From NCBI GenBank assembly GCA_966252305.1, contig CBINOO010000004.1:27066-91065 (forward strand): DNA of 64,000 bases, given 5' to 3'. Under the pieces are notes generated by a model. It was given only the letters and a program-made list of their open reading frames with translations. It did not search any database and was not told the origin of the DNA. Below are positions 20,255 to 29,129 of this stretch, one piece after another. Within the stretch, counting starts at the first letter, position 1, and each line of letters starts with the position of its first letter. The position numbers and the translations under genes are program-made. The DNA comes from an uncultured Acidimicrobiia bacterium. GTDB lineage: Bacteria > Acidobacteriota > Vicinamibacteria > Vicinamibacterales > SCN-69-37.

Positions 20255-22198
20255 ATGTCGCCCAAGCCGTCATCCCCAATGTCGTGGGCTGCCAAGTCCT
20301 ACCTCTTCACGGTTATTGGCGCTGGCTCGATAGCTTCCTTTCACGCGCTTTGGCATCTATTTCAGACACCTCCTGCACGTAGCGGCTGGTACTGGCTGAC
20401 AGGACTGACGCTGATCAGCGGTCTCCTGTCGGTCCGATTCCAGAAAGTCGGGGGCCGTTATTCGGTCTCCGAGACATTCACAATGTGGGGAACGCTCGTC
20501 TACGGCCAGGGCGTAGGCACGTTGCTGGTGCTCCTCGACGCAATGGTTCTGTCAGGCAACGTTTGGTTTCTCAAGCGGAAGTTCGACTGGAAAAGAACCC
20601 CGTTCAATCTGGCCGCCCCCGCACTTTCGATCTGGGTATCGTCTGGGGTGCTTTTCCTGATTGCTGGGCAGGCGCCCCTTCACCTGACTGCAGATCCCGT
20701 CAAGTTTGTTCTTGGACTGGGCGTCTTCACTGTTCTTTACTTCCTGATCAACTCCATGCTCGTTGCCGGGGCCATCGCACTGACCCTGCCAAGTCCCATG
20801 GGGCCTGCCAAGATGTTCACCACCACTTGGTGGGGCCTCAAGGAAGGCATCCTGACATACCTCGCCGGCGCCTCAATCGCCGCATTGCTAGCATCCGAAC
20901 AGGACGGCGACATCATCAGCAGAATTTTTGTGTTGATGCCCCTGATGGCCATGCTCTACCTGACCTATCGCAACGCTGCCAGGCAGGTCGATGAGATGCA
21001 GAGTCGCTTGGACGCGATTGAAAAAGTCCACATGTCGACAATCGCGGCCTTCGCAATGGCAATCGATGCAAAAGACCAGGTCACACACGGTCATATTCGG
21101 AGGGTTCAGCAGTACACGATGGAAGTCGCGCGAGCGCTGGGCGTTACCGACGACCGTCAGCTAAAAGCGATCGAGGCAGCAGCGCTGCTTCATGACACAG
21201 GGAAGCTGGCAGTCCCGGAGTACATCCTCAACAAGCCGGGTCCACTGACGCCTTCAGAGTTTGAAAAAATGAAGGAACATGCCGCGGTCGGCGCCAACAT
21301 CCTGAAGAGCATCGATTTTCCATATCCCGTGGCACCAATCGTTCGTCATCATCACGAAAACTGGGACGGCCGAGGCTATCCGGATGGGCTCAAAGGGCAG
21401 GAAATCCCGCTCGGCGCGCGCATCCTTTCGGTGGTGGACTGTTATGACGCGCTCACATCCGACCGTCCGTACCGACCTCGAATGACTCGGCAACAAGCCG
21501 AACAGATACTCCTGGACCGCCGCGGAAAGATGTACGACCCCTGGGTCGTTGACGGTTTCCTGAGAATTCTCGACCGCCTTGAGGCGATTGACGAGGCCGA
21601 GGGCCGGAATCAGCCCGCGCACAATAGGCCCGGCGCTGCAGCCGCCAGCCCAGCTCTTGATGTGATTAGCGCTGCGACGGCCGAAGAGCGCGAATTTGCC
21701 GAACTGCGCCGGGAGTTGCCGAAGGCTCAGACCCTAGACCAGGCCGCCGAGGTCTTCTTTCGGCATGTGCGCCGTGTGATTCCGGCAGCCGCAGTCGTGC
21801 TGTATCTGCCGGACAGTGTCACATCCGATTTGAGAGCAGCCTATTGTGCGGGTTCCGGAGCGAGCACGATCGAAGCCACTCGCATCCCGGTGGGGGAGCG
21901 CATCTCGGGCTGGGCCTTCGCCCATCGCCAAGTTGTCTTCAATTCAGAAGCATCTTTGGACTTGGGCCCTGTCGCCCGAACGCTGCCAGTGCCGCTCCGC
22001 TCAGCCTTGGTTGCTCCAATCGTCGACGGCGACCATGCGGTCGGGGTTGTTGCGCTGTACGGCAGCGAGGAATTTCATCGAGACCACCGAAGGATGCTCG
22101 AGTCTGCGTCTCAATTGCTCCAGACCACAGCTCCAGCCTTGCCTAGCGGACAGGCCACCGCGACTTCCGCAAGAGTCGAACAGCGTAAGGTTCATTAG
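20255..22198 (+). CDS. membrane-bound HD-GYP domain protein with C-terminal GAF-like domain (putative c-di-GMP phosphodiesterase)
   Basis: The N-terminal approximately 240 aa are polytopic hydrophobic. HD-GYP core is present: HGHIRRV...LLHDTGKLAVP...HHHENWDGRGYPDGL. The C-terminal approximately 170 aa are GAF-like. Confidence 0.85.
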   Translation: MSPKPSSPMSWAAKSYLFTVIGAGSIASFHALWHLFQTPPARSGWYWLTGLTLISGLLSVRFQKVGGRYSVSETFTMWGTLVYGQGVGTLLVLLDAMVLSGNVWFLKRKFDWKRTPFNLAAPALSIWVSSGVLFLIAGQAPLHLTADPVKFVLGLGVFTVLYFLINSMLVAGAIALTLPSPMGPAKMFTTTWWGLKEGILTYLAGASIAALLASEQDGDIISRIFVLMPLMAMLYLTYRNAARQVDEMQSRLDAIEKVHMSTIAAFAMAIDAKDQVTHGHIRRVQQYTMEVARALGVTDDRQLKAIEAAALLHDTGKLAVPEYILNKPGPLTPSEFEKMKEHAAVGANILKSIDFPYPVAPIVRHHHENWDGRGYPDGLKGQEIPLGARILSVVDCYDALTSDRPYRPRMTRQQAEQILLDRRGKMYDPWVVDGFLRILDRLEAIDEAEGRNQPAHNRPGAAAASPALDVISAATAEEREFAELRRELPKAQTLDQAAEVFFRHVRRVIPAAAVVLYLPDSVTSDLRAAYCAGSGASTIEATRIPVGERISGWAFAHRQVVFNSEASLDLGPVARTLPVPLRSALVAPIVDGDHAVGVVALYGSEEFHRDHRRMLESASQLLQTTAPALPSGQATATSARVEQRKVH

Positions 22199-22269
22199 GC
22201 TGTACAAGAAAACAGCCCCCCCTCCCAAAATCGTGGTGTGATCTGCTATCGTTCGCGCCGGCTGGTGCT

Positions 22270-24822
22270 ATGGAGCGACGGCAGGTGGATTCGGCTTCTT
22301 CAGAACAGACCATCAAACAGGAAACGGCCAAGGCTAAAGAGCTGTTCGACGGTGGCGATGCTACAGCGGCCCTTGAGATCCTGACGCGCCTGTCGGAGAG
22401 GTTCGGGCGATCGACGGGACCCGAACGGCTCGATGCAGAGTTCCTCCTTTTCTCTATCGAGGAACACTATCTTCCTCCCAGACAGAACGTCAGCAGCCTG
22501 GCGACACTGAGGCAACTGGCCACCACTCTCGGGGACGCTAGGTCTCTCGCGGCCCTCCACTTATCGGTAGCACGGCAGGAGGGCCTCCAAGGGGCGGTCG
22601 CATCGGCGCGCAGTCACCTCGCAATTGCAGAACGACTCACGACGGAACCGTTGGTACCCGCGCTTCTGTGCTCATGTCTCCTCGTTGGAGCGACCATCGA
22701 GATGTACGAGGGAAGTCTCCGGCAGGCTATCCGAGCCGCTCGGCTGGGCTTCGACCACGCCATTCAGAACAGGCTGCAACGTCACAGGGCCGGTTCTTTG
22801 GGAAACCTCGGCACACTAAGCTTGTGCCTTGGAGACTCTGATAATGCACGGCGGCTCCTCTCGGATGGCCTTGCACTCTGCGATCAACTGTCTTTTGTGC
22901 GACTGGCGTTAACCGACTCCCTGGCGGCCGTAGCCATCTACGACACCAACCTCACCGAGGCCTCCCGCCTGATCGAACAGTGTCGCCAGACGATCGAGTC
23001 GCAACGGGTTCCGTCTCGCTCCTGGTACGACCTGACACACCAGATAACGCGGTGCCTGTTTCATTCCCTCCGCGAGGAGTGGTCAGACATCGTCGCCATC
23101 GTCGACGAAGCCGACCCGGAGCTGGAGCGGCGCCAGCTCCGCACCTGGCGAGCCACGCTGCTGTCCGCGCGCGCAAAAGCCCTCGCGCGACTCGGCCAAC
23201 ATGACGAGGCGCACAGCTCCCTTGTCGCGGCGATGAACACCTGCCCCAAAGGCGCCGTCGACCCGATGATCAACATCGAAGTCGCGACGGCCGTCTGTCT
23301 CGCCCATCGTGGAGACGTGATCCAGGCGCAGCGCCATTTCGACCGCGCAGCCAGTGCGTGTGACGCCATCGAACACCGATTCCTCGGCTGGATGGCCGAG
23401 CGAGAACGGGCCGCCAGCCCCGTCGCCACCGTCCGCCCCTCACACGCCGCCGAACGCCGCCGACAATCCGATACCGACGACAGTGCCCTGCTCCTCAGTG
23501 ACGCCGCCGCCATACTCACCGCCGGTCAGTCACTCGATCTGATGGCCGAACGCGTGCGCTCGATCCTCCACGCGACGCCCCTCCGATCGAGGGTCCAGAT
23601 CACGAAACGCGCGGAAGGCCACGATGAGAACAGCAGCGGCCTGTCGGCCTCATGGGAGTTCCGCGGTAGCCAGGGCTGTCGCATCGACCTCTCCAACATG
23701 GACCGCACGATCACCATCGATGTGCGCGACCTGGCCTCCCTCGAAGAAGTCGCCATCGTCAAGAGCATTACCGACCTGCTCGCGGCCTCCGTGAACCAGG
23801 ATGCCGACGCAGACGAACGCCTCTGGCCGATGACGATGCCCACCAGCCCGGACGACACGGTGTTCTGGTCGCCGAGGATGCAGGAACTGCTCCGGATCAC
23901 CGAACGGCTGGCCACCACCGACCTGCCAATCCTCATCACCGGCGAAACCGGCACCGGCAAAGAGGTATTCGCGCGGCTCATTCATGACAACAGCAAGGTG
24001 AAACGCGGCCCCTTCGTCCCGTTCAACGCCTCCGCCATTCCGCGGGACCTCGTGGAAAGCCAGCTGTTCGGGCACCGGAGAGGTGCGTTCACCGGCGCGC
24101 ACGAGTCATCGTCCGGCGTGATTCGGAGCGCGGATCACGGCACGTTGTTCCTGGACGAAATCGGTGACCTCGAACTGGCGCTCCAGCCGAAGCTGTTGCG
24201 ATTTCTGGAATGCGGAGAAATCCACCCCGTCGGCGACCCCAAGCCGATGCGCGTCTCCGTTCGCGTCGTCGCTGCGACGAACGCCCGACTCGAAACCCTG
24301 GTCGAACAAGGGCGCTTCAGAAGCGACCTGCTGTATCGCCTGCGAGTCGCCGCGCTGGAGCTGCCGCCGCTCAGGGAACGCAAGGATGAAATCCCGGCCC
24401 TCACCGCCTTCTTCGTCCGGCGAGCGATGGCGGAATGTGGCCGTCAACACATCACCGTCGGAGACGATGTGGTGGCAGCATTTCTTCTGTACGACTGGCC
24501 GGGCAACCTCAGGCAGCTCTACAACGAAGTGCGGCGGATGGTGGCCATGGCCGATGACGAAGCGATGTTGCACAGCGATGACCTGTCGCATGACATCGCG
24601 GGGCCATGGCGCGCCGCCCACCCGCGTCGCGAGGCTCCGTCAGGCCCGCACGTGACGGTGCGCCTGGATCAGCCGCTGGAACTTGCTGTTGATGAAGTGG
24701 AGCGCGCGTTCATCGAACGCGCACTCCATCAGACACGCGGGAAGGTCACCGACGCCGCACAACTGCTCGGGATCTCGCGCAAAGGCCTCTTCGTCAAGCG
24801 GAAGCGGCTGGGTTTGGACTAA
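22270..24822 (+). CDS. sigma-54-dependent transcriptional activator (bEBP) with long non-canonical N-terminal helical-repeat domain
   Basis: AAA+ sigma-54 interaction domain is present: ITGETGTGKEVFARLIH, GAFTGA, LFLDEIGDL and RSDLLYRL. C-terminal Fis-type HTH (AAQLLGISRKGLFVKRKRLG). The N-terminal approximately 540 aa are Leu/Ala-rich and TPR-like, with no REC/PAS motifs recognised. Confidence 0.85.
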   Translation: MERRQVDSASSEQTIKQETAKAKELFDGGDATAALEILTRLSERFGRSTGPERLDAEFLLFSIEEHYLPPRQNVSSLATLRQLATTLGDARSLAALHLSVARQEGLQGAVASARSHLAIAERLTTEPLVPALLCSCLLVGATIEMYEGSLRQAIRAARLGFDHAIQNRLQRHRAGSLGNLGTLSLCLGDSDNARRLLSDGLALCDQLSFVRLALTDSLAAVAIYDTNLTEASRLIEQCRQTIESQRVPSRSWYDLTHQITRCLFHSLREEWSDIVAIVDEADPELERRQLRTWRATLLSARAKALARLGQHDEAHSSLVAAMNTCPKGAVDPMINIEVATAVCLAHRGDVIQAQRHFDRAASACDAIEHRFLGWMAERERAASPVATVRPSHAAERRRQSDTDDSALLLSDAAAILTAGQSLDLMAERVRSILHATPLRSRVQITKRAEGHDENSSGLSASWEFRGSQGCRIDLSNMDRTITIDVRDLASLEEVAIVKSITDLLAASVNQDADADERLWPMTMPTSPDDTVFWSPRMQELLRITERLATTDLPILITGETGTGKEVFARLIHDNSKVKRGPFVPFNASAIPRDLVESQLFGHRRGAFTGAHESSSGVIRSADHGTLFLDEIGDLELALQPKLLRFLECGEIHPVGDPKPMRVSVRVVAATNARLETLVEQGRFRSDLLYRLRVAALELPPLRERKDEIPALTAFFVRRAMAECGRQHITVGDDVVAAFLLYDWPGNLRQLYNEVRRMVAMADDEAMLHSDDLSHDIAGPWRAAHPRREAPSGPHVTVRLDQPLELAVDEVERAFIERALHQTRGKVTDAAQLLGISRKGLFVKRKRLGLD

Positions 24823-24873
24823 ACGGCGGGGCGGACCACCATCGCCAAGGCTACGGTAGTCCGCCGAAGCTTC

Positions 24874-26364
24874 CTACTTCCCCTGCAGCTGCTTCGCGAC
24901 CTTCTCGACTTCGCCCCACACACGCAGCAGGTTGCCGCTCCACAACTTCGCGATCTGCTCCTCGGTGTAGCCGCGGCGCACGAGCTCAAGCGTCACGTTA
25001 AACGTCTCTGACGCGCTGTTCCAGCCGGTGACCCCACCGCCGCCGTCGAAGTCAGAGGAGATGCCAACGTGATCGATGCCGATGAGCTTGACCGCGTAGT
25101 CGATGTGATCCACGAAGTCGGAGACGGTCGCACGCTCGGGCACGGGATACTTCGCGTTGATCGCGGAGAGACGACGCTGGTATTCGGCGCGACGTTCTTC
25201 CGATAACGCGGCCAAGGCTGCCTGATTGCCGCCGCCTCGTCCGCCACCACCCCCGCGCCCGGCCGCCGCAGGCGCGGTGCCGGCGGGGTCATCCGATTCC
25301 AGCGGGCACGCCACGGCCTGGCCCGCCGCCGGAGCGCCCGCACCGGCCCCCTGACGACCACCACCTGCGGCACGACCTCCACCAGCCGCCGCCGCGCCTC
25401 CACGGGCGCCACCGCCCTGCCGGCCGCCGCCCGGAGCCGCCGCCACACCAAACTCCTGCTGCAGCGCCTGCACCGCATCCTGCCGCGCCTGCGCGTTGTC
25501 ATCCACCTTCACATAGCTGGCAAACGCGACCGTCTGCATGACGCCGCCGTTTTTCTTGAGCGCCAGCAGCGTCTCGTCATCGAGGTTGCGGCTGTGATTC
25601 GCGAGCGCGCGCACCGCCGAGTGCGAGGCAATCACCGGCGCCTTCGACAACGCAATGGCCTGCAGATTCGCCTGCTTGGAGGGATGCGAGATGTCGACCA
25701 TCATCCCCCACTTGTTCATCTCGGCGATCACCTGCTTGCCCAGCTCGCTCAGGCCACCGTGAATACCGCCGTTGGCCGCCTCAGTCGAGTTGGAATCGGC
25801 CAGCTGCGAGTTGCCATTGTGCGCCAGCGACATGTAACGCCCGCCGCGCTCATAGAACTCCTTCACGCGCTCGAGGTCGGTGCCAATCGGGTAGCCGTTC
25901 TCCACACCGATGATCGCGACCTTCTTGCCCGACTTCGCGATCCGCACGACGTCGGTCGGCGTCAGCGCGAGTTCGATCTCGTTGGGCGCGATCTCCTCCG
26001 TCAGCCGATGCACGGCCTCGAACTTCTCGACGGCCTGGCGATACGCGTTGTCGAAGCCTTCTTCGGTGAGTGGCCCCTGCCCGACATACACGATCAGGAA
26101 CGGCGCATCGAGTCCGCCTTCCTTCATCTTCGGCAGATTCACCTGCGTCGTCAGGCGCATGGTGTAGTTGCAGGTGGGCGTAAACCGCGCGGGGGAGATG
26201 TCCACGTGTGTGTCCATCGTGATCACGCGATCGTGAATACCGCGCGCGCGGGCGATCAACGCCTGGTCGGGCTGCTGCGCCTGGGCGGACAAGAAGGACG
26301 AGGACGCGGCAACGGTCACCGCGACCAGTGCGGCGGGAAGAAGTCGGGGTCGCATGGGCGCCAT
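24874..26364 (-). CDS. M19 membrane dipeptidase-family protein with an internal Gly/Ala/Arg-rich insertion
   Basis: Signal peptide is present. M19 motifs are VITMDTHVDI, YMSLAHNGNSQLADS, MMVDISHPS, VIASHSA and IGISSDFDGGGG. An approximately 75-aa low-complexity insert lies before the last conserved block. Confidence 0.8.
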   Translation of the reverse strand: MAPMRPRLLPAALVAVTVAASSSFLSAQAQQPDQALIARARGIHDRVITMDTHVDISPARFTPTCNYTMRLTTQVNLPKMKEGGLDAPFLIVYVGQGPLTEEGFDNAYRQAVEKFEAVHRLTEEIAPNEIELALTPTDVVRIAKSGKKVAIIGVENGYPIGTDLERVKEFYERGGRYMSLAHNGNSQLADSNSTEAANGGIHGGLSELGKQVIAEMNKWGMMVDISHPSKQANLQAIALSKAPVIASHSAVRALANHSRNLDDETLLALKKNGGVMQTVAFASYVKVDDNAQARQDAVQALQQEFGVAAAPGGGRQGGGARGGAAAAGGGRAAGGGRQGAGAGAPAAGQAVACPLESDDPAGTAPAAAGRGGGGGRGGGNQAALAALSEERRAEYQRRLSAINAKYPVPERATVSDFVDHIDYAVKLIGIDHVGISSDFDGGGGVTGWNSASETFNVTLELVRRGYTEEQIAKLWSGNLLRVWGEVEKVAKQLQGK

Positions 26365-26374
26365 TGTAGCGCTG

Positions 26375-26884
26375 CTACCGGCTGGTGGCTCGTTTGACCT
26401 GCGCGTTGTGGCGCGCGACGTGCGCCACGGCCCAGTCCCCCACCTGATACACGGTCAGCAGGCCCAGGATGCTCTTGATCGTCCAGCGCGCGCGGGTCTC
26501 ATCCAGGCGCGAGTAGGCCTCGGTGAAGCGCGCGCGGGAGGCGCGGACTCTCGCGAGCGCGTCCGCGCGTGTCACGGCCGGAGGCGGCGTGAACATTTCA
26601 GGCGCCTCAAGGCGGTCCGGCACCCTGGCCTGGATCTCGGGAAACGGCATCTCGACAAAGTCGGGTTCCGGAGCGCGGGCCAGCGGCCGGGAACCGTCGA
26701 CCAACCCGGCAAAGCCCTCGTTGGTCGCCGCCACGTGCCAGGCGATCTGTGCGGGCGACCACCCGCCGCCTTCTGCCGCGCGCGCGGCGTCGGCGTCCGA
26801 CAGTGAATCAAGCCGGCCAACAAAACGGTCCATCGCGGCCTCAAAGGCTGCGAGGGTCTGGGAGATGCGCTCGGCGTGCGTCAT
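26375..26884 (-). CDS. DinB-family (DinB_2) four-helix-bundle protein
   Basis: 169 aa. The motifs WSPAQIAWHVA...GDWAVAHVARH give a His-triad-like pattern typical of DinB/YfiT-like proteins. Confidence 0.65.
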   Translation of the reverse strand: MTHAERISQTLAAFEAAMDRFVGRLDSLSDADAARAAEGGGWSPAQIAWHVAATNEGFAGLVDGSRPLARAPEPDFVEMPFPEIQARVPDRLEAPEMFTPPPAVTRADALARVRASRARFTEAYSRLDETRARWTIKSILGLLTVYQVGDWAVAHVARHNAQVKRATSR

Positions 26885-26902
26885 GCCGCCGATTGTACGC
26901 GG

Positions 26903-27760
26903 TCAGCGCACTTCGAGCGGCGCGTCGATCCGGATGCGCAGAATGGTGCCTGGTGTGAGATTCACGTCGGTGCCATCGGTCGCCGCAATCGTGCCGCCGC
27001 CGCCCACGAGCACGCCAAGCAACAGGCCCTTGCCACCGCCGAGAATGCCGCCGATCACGGCGCCCACCACCGCGCCCGCGCCCACGCGTCCCATGTCATC
27101 ACTCATCTTGCCGTCGAGCGCCTTGGTCACCGTCGCGCGCATGCGTGTGGGACCGCCCTTCAGAAGGATCTCGTCGAACGACAGCGTCAGGCTGCCCTGG
27201 CGGTTGATTCGTCCCGCCGGGCGCACCGACCCTACAAATCCACGCACGACCGTGCCCGCCGGCAACACCACCGACTGGCCAACCGTGTAGTCGACAACCG
27301 TCGTGGCCTCGAATCGTTCTTCCACCTTCGCTGTGGCCGAATTCAGTGCCGTCTGCAGACGCACATCCAGCTCGGTGCCTACCGGCAGCACCCAGATGCG
27401 GTCAGCCTTTTGGGGGTCGTCCGCCACAACGGGCTGCGCCGTGACCTTGGCTCCCGTCGCCCGCACGCGCAGGGTCTCAAGCCGGTCGCGCACGTCGGCG
27501 TACTCCGCGCGCGTCACATTGCCCCGGCGGAACTTCACTCGCAGGTAGACGATTTCTTCCTTGAGGAGCTCGAGTTGCCGGTCGACCTCCGCAGCTTCGG
27601 TTGGGTCGGTCTTGGCCAGCATGCCCGAGGCGTGCCCGATATCGCTCGCGGACGTCTCCAGACGCTTCAGATCGGCCTCGGTGACCGCGGCCTGCGCCCA
27701 GACCTGTCCCGCCCCCAACACCACCAACGCCACCGCAGCGGCCAGCACTCGCTTGATCAT
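26903..27760 (-). CDS. hypothetical exported protein with C-terminal glycine-zipper segment
   Basis: Signal peptide MIKRVLAAAVALVVLGAGQVWA is followed by a coiled-coil-like segment. A glycine zipper is present (GAGAVVGAVIGGILGGGKGLLLGVLVGGGG). No family recognised. Confidence 0.6.
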   Translation of the reverse strand: MIKRVLAAAVALVVLGAGQVWAQAAVTEADLKRLETSASDIGHASGMLAKTDPTEAAEVDRQLELLKEEIVYLRVKFRRGNVTRAEYADVRDRLETLRVRATGAKVTAQPVVADDPQKADRIWVLPVGTELDVRLQTALNSATAKVEERFEATTVVDYTVGQSVVLPAGTVVRGFVGSVRPAGRINRQGSLTLSFDEILLKGGPTRMRATVTKALDGKMSDDMGRVGAGAVVGAVIGGILGGGKGLLLGVLVGGGGTIAATDGTDVNLTPGTILRIRIDAPLEVR

Positions 27761-27898
27761 CCAGATAACCTCGACCGTTTATCGGTCAGTTGATGGCGGG
27801 GCGAAAGCCCCGCCCCACAAATTGCAGCCCCGCCGCCTGTCTTCCCTCTATTCTGACCGCCGCGGCTGCCGGGCGGCCTTCGATAGAATCGAGGGTGC

Positions 27899-29128
27899 AT
27901 GAGCGTTCCGGTACGGCTCCACAAGACATTTGGCGTGAAAGTCGGCAATGTGCAGGTCGGCGGCGGCGCACCCGTCGTGGTCCAGAGCATGACGATGACG
28001 GATACGGCGGATGCGGAGTCAACCGCGCGGCAATGTGTCGAGCTGGCCGAGGCCGGCTCCGAGATGGTCCGTGTCACCGTCAACACACCCGAAGCGGCTG
28101 CGGCAGTGCCCGAAATCAAGCAGCGGATGCTGGACGCCGGCTGTACGGCGCCGCTCATCGGCGACTTCCACTACAACGGTCATCTGTTACTCACGCGTTA
28201 CCCGGACGCCGCCAGGGCCCTCGACAAGTACCGCATCAATCCCGGCAACGTCGGGACGGGGCGCCGCCGCGATGAACAGTTTTCGACGATCTGCAAAGTC
28301 GCCATCGAACATCAGAAGCCTGTGCGCATTGGCGTCAACGGCGGCTCGCTGAACCAAGAGCTGGTGATGGCGCGGATGCAGGACAACACTGACCGCAACC
28401 TCGGCAAGTCGTCGGAAGACATCCTCAACGAGTGCATGGTGCTCTCGGCGCTGCAGTCCACCGAGCTCGCGCTGGACAGCGGCATGCGTACGGACCAGAT
28501 CATCATCTCGTGCAAGGTCTCGCGTCCGCGCGACCTGATCGCCGTCTACCGCGACCTCGCGAAAAAGACCCATCAGCCGCTCCACCTCGGCCTCACGGAA
28601 GCCGGCATGGGCATCAAGGGTCTCACGTGGTCGGCGGCCGCGCTCGGCGTGTTGCTCAACGAAGGCATCGGCGACACGATTCGCGTTTCACTGACGCCAC
28701 GCCCGGGCGGCGATCGGCGAGAGGAGGTGTACGCGGCCTGTGAAATCCTTCAGGCGCTTGGCCTGCGATCGTTTGCTCCGGCGATCACCGCGTGTCCCGG
28801 CTGTGGCCGCACCACCTCGTCCACATTCCAGGAACTGGCCGAACGCATCCAGGGCTACGTGCGCGAGATGATGCCGACCTGGAAGACGCGCCACCCTGGT
28901 GTCGAAGAAATGACCGTGGCGGTGATGGGCTGCGTGGTCAACGGTCCCGGAGAGTCGAAGGCCGCGAGCATCGGCATCTCACTGCCGGGCACGGGCGAAG
29001 CGCCGAATTGCCCCGTGTTCATCGACGGCGAACACGCGACCACCCTTCGCGGCACCTACGAGGAACTGGCCACCGCCTTCCAGGCCCTGGTCGACGACTA
29101 CGTCGTCAGAACCTACCCCGCGAAGTAG
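27899..29128 (+). CDS. ispG: 4-hydroxy-3-methylbut-2-en-1-yl diphosphate synthase
   Basis: [21 protein letters not shown]...[10 protein letters not shown]...[11 protein letters not shown] are typical IspG/GcpE motifs, including the Fe-S Cys residues. Confidence 0.95.
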   Translation: MSVPVRLHKTFGVKVGNVQVGGGAPVVVQSMTMTDTADAESTARQCVELAEAGSEMVRVTVNTPEAAAAVPEIKQRMLDAGCTAPLIGDFHYNGHLLLTRYPDAARALDKYRINPGNVGTGRRRDEQFSTICKVAIEHQKPVRIGVNGGSLNQELVMARMQDNTDRNLGKSSEDILNECMVLSALQSTELALDSGMRTDQIIISCKVSRPRDLIAVYRDLAKKTHQPLHLGLTEAGMGIKGLTWSAAALGVLLNEGIGDTIRVSLTPRPGGDRREEVYAACEILQALGLRSFAPAITACPGCGRTTSSTFQELAERIQGYVREMMPTWKTRHPGVEEMTVAVMGCVVNGPGESKAASIGISLPGTGEAPNCPVFIDGEHATTLRGTYEELATAFQALVDDYVVRTYPAK

Positions 29129-29129
29129 A

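Noticed and set aside
24830-24865. Hairpin GGCGGAC..GTCCGCC between the bEBP and the dipeptidase gene as a bidirectional terminator
   Set aside because: The stem is only 7 bp around a 22-nt loop, with no T-run. It is plausible but too weak to annotate.
27795-27814. Perfect 8-bp GC hairpin with a GAAA tetraloop (GGCGGGGC-GAAA-GCCCCGCC) in the ispG upstream spacer
   Set aside because: There is no U-tract and no upstream co-directional gene to terminate. It may be a leader stem or incidental GC palindrome. The evidence is insufficient to call a function.
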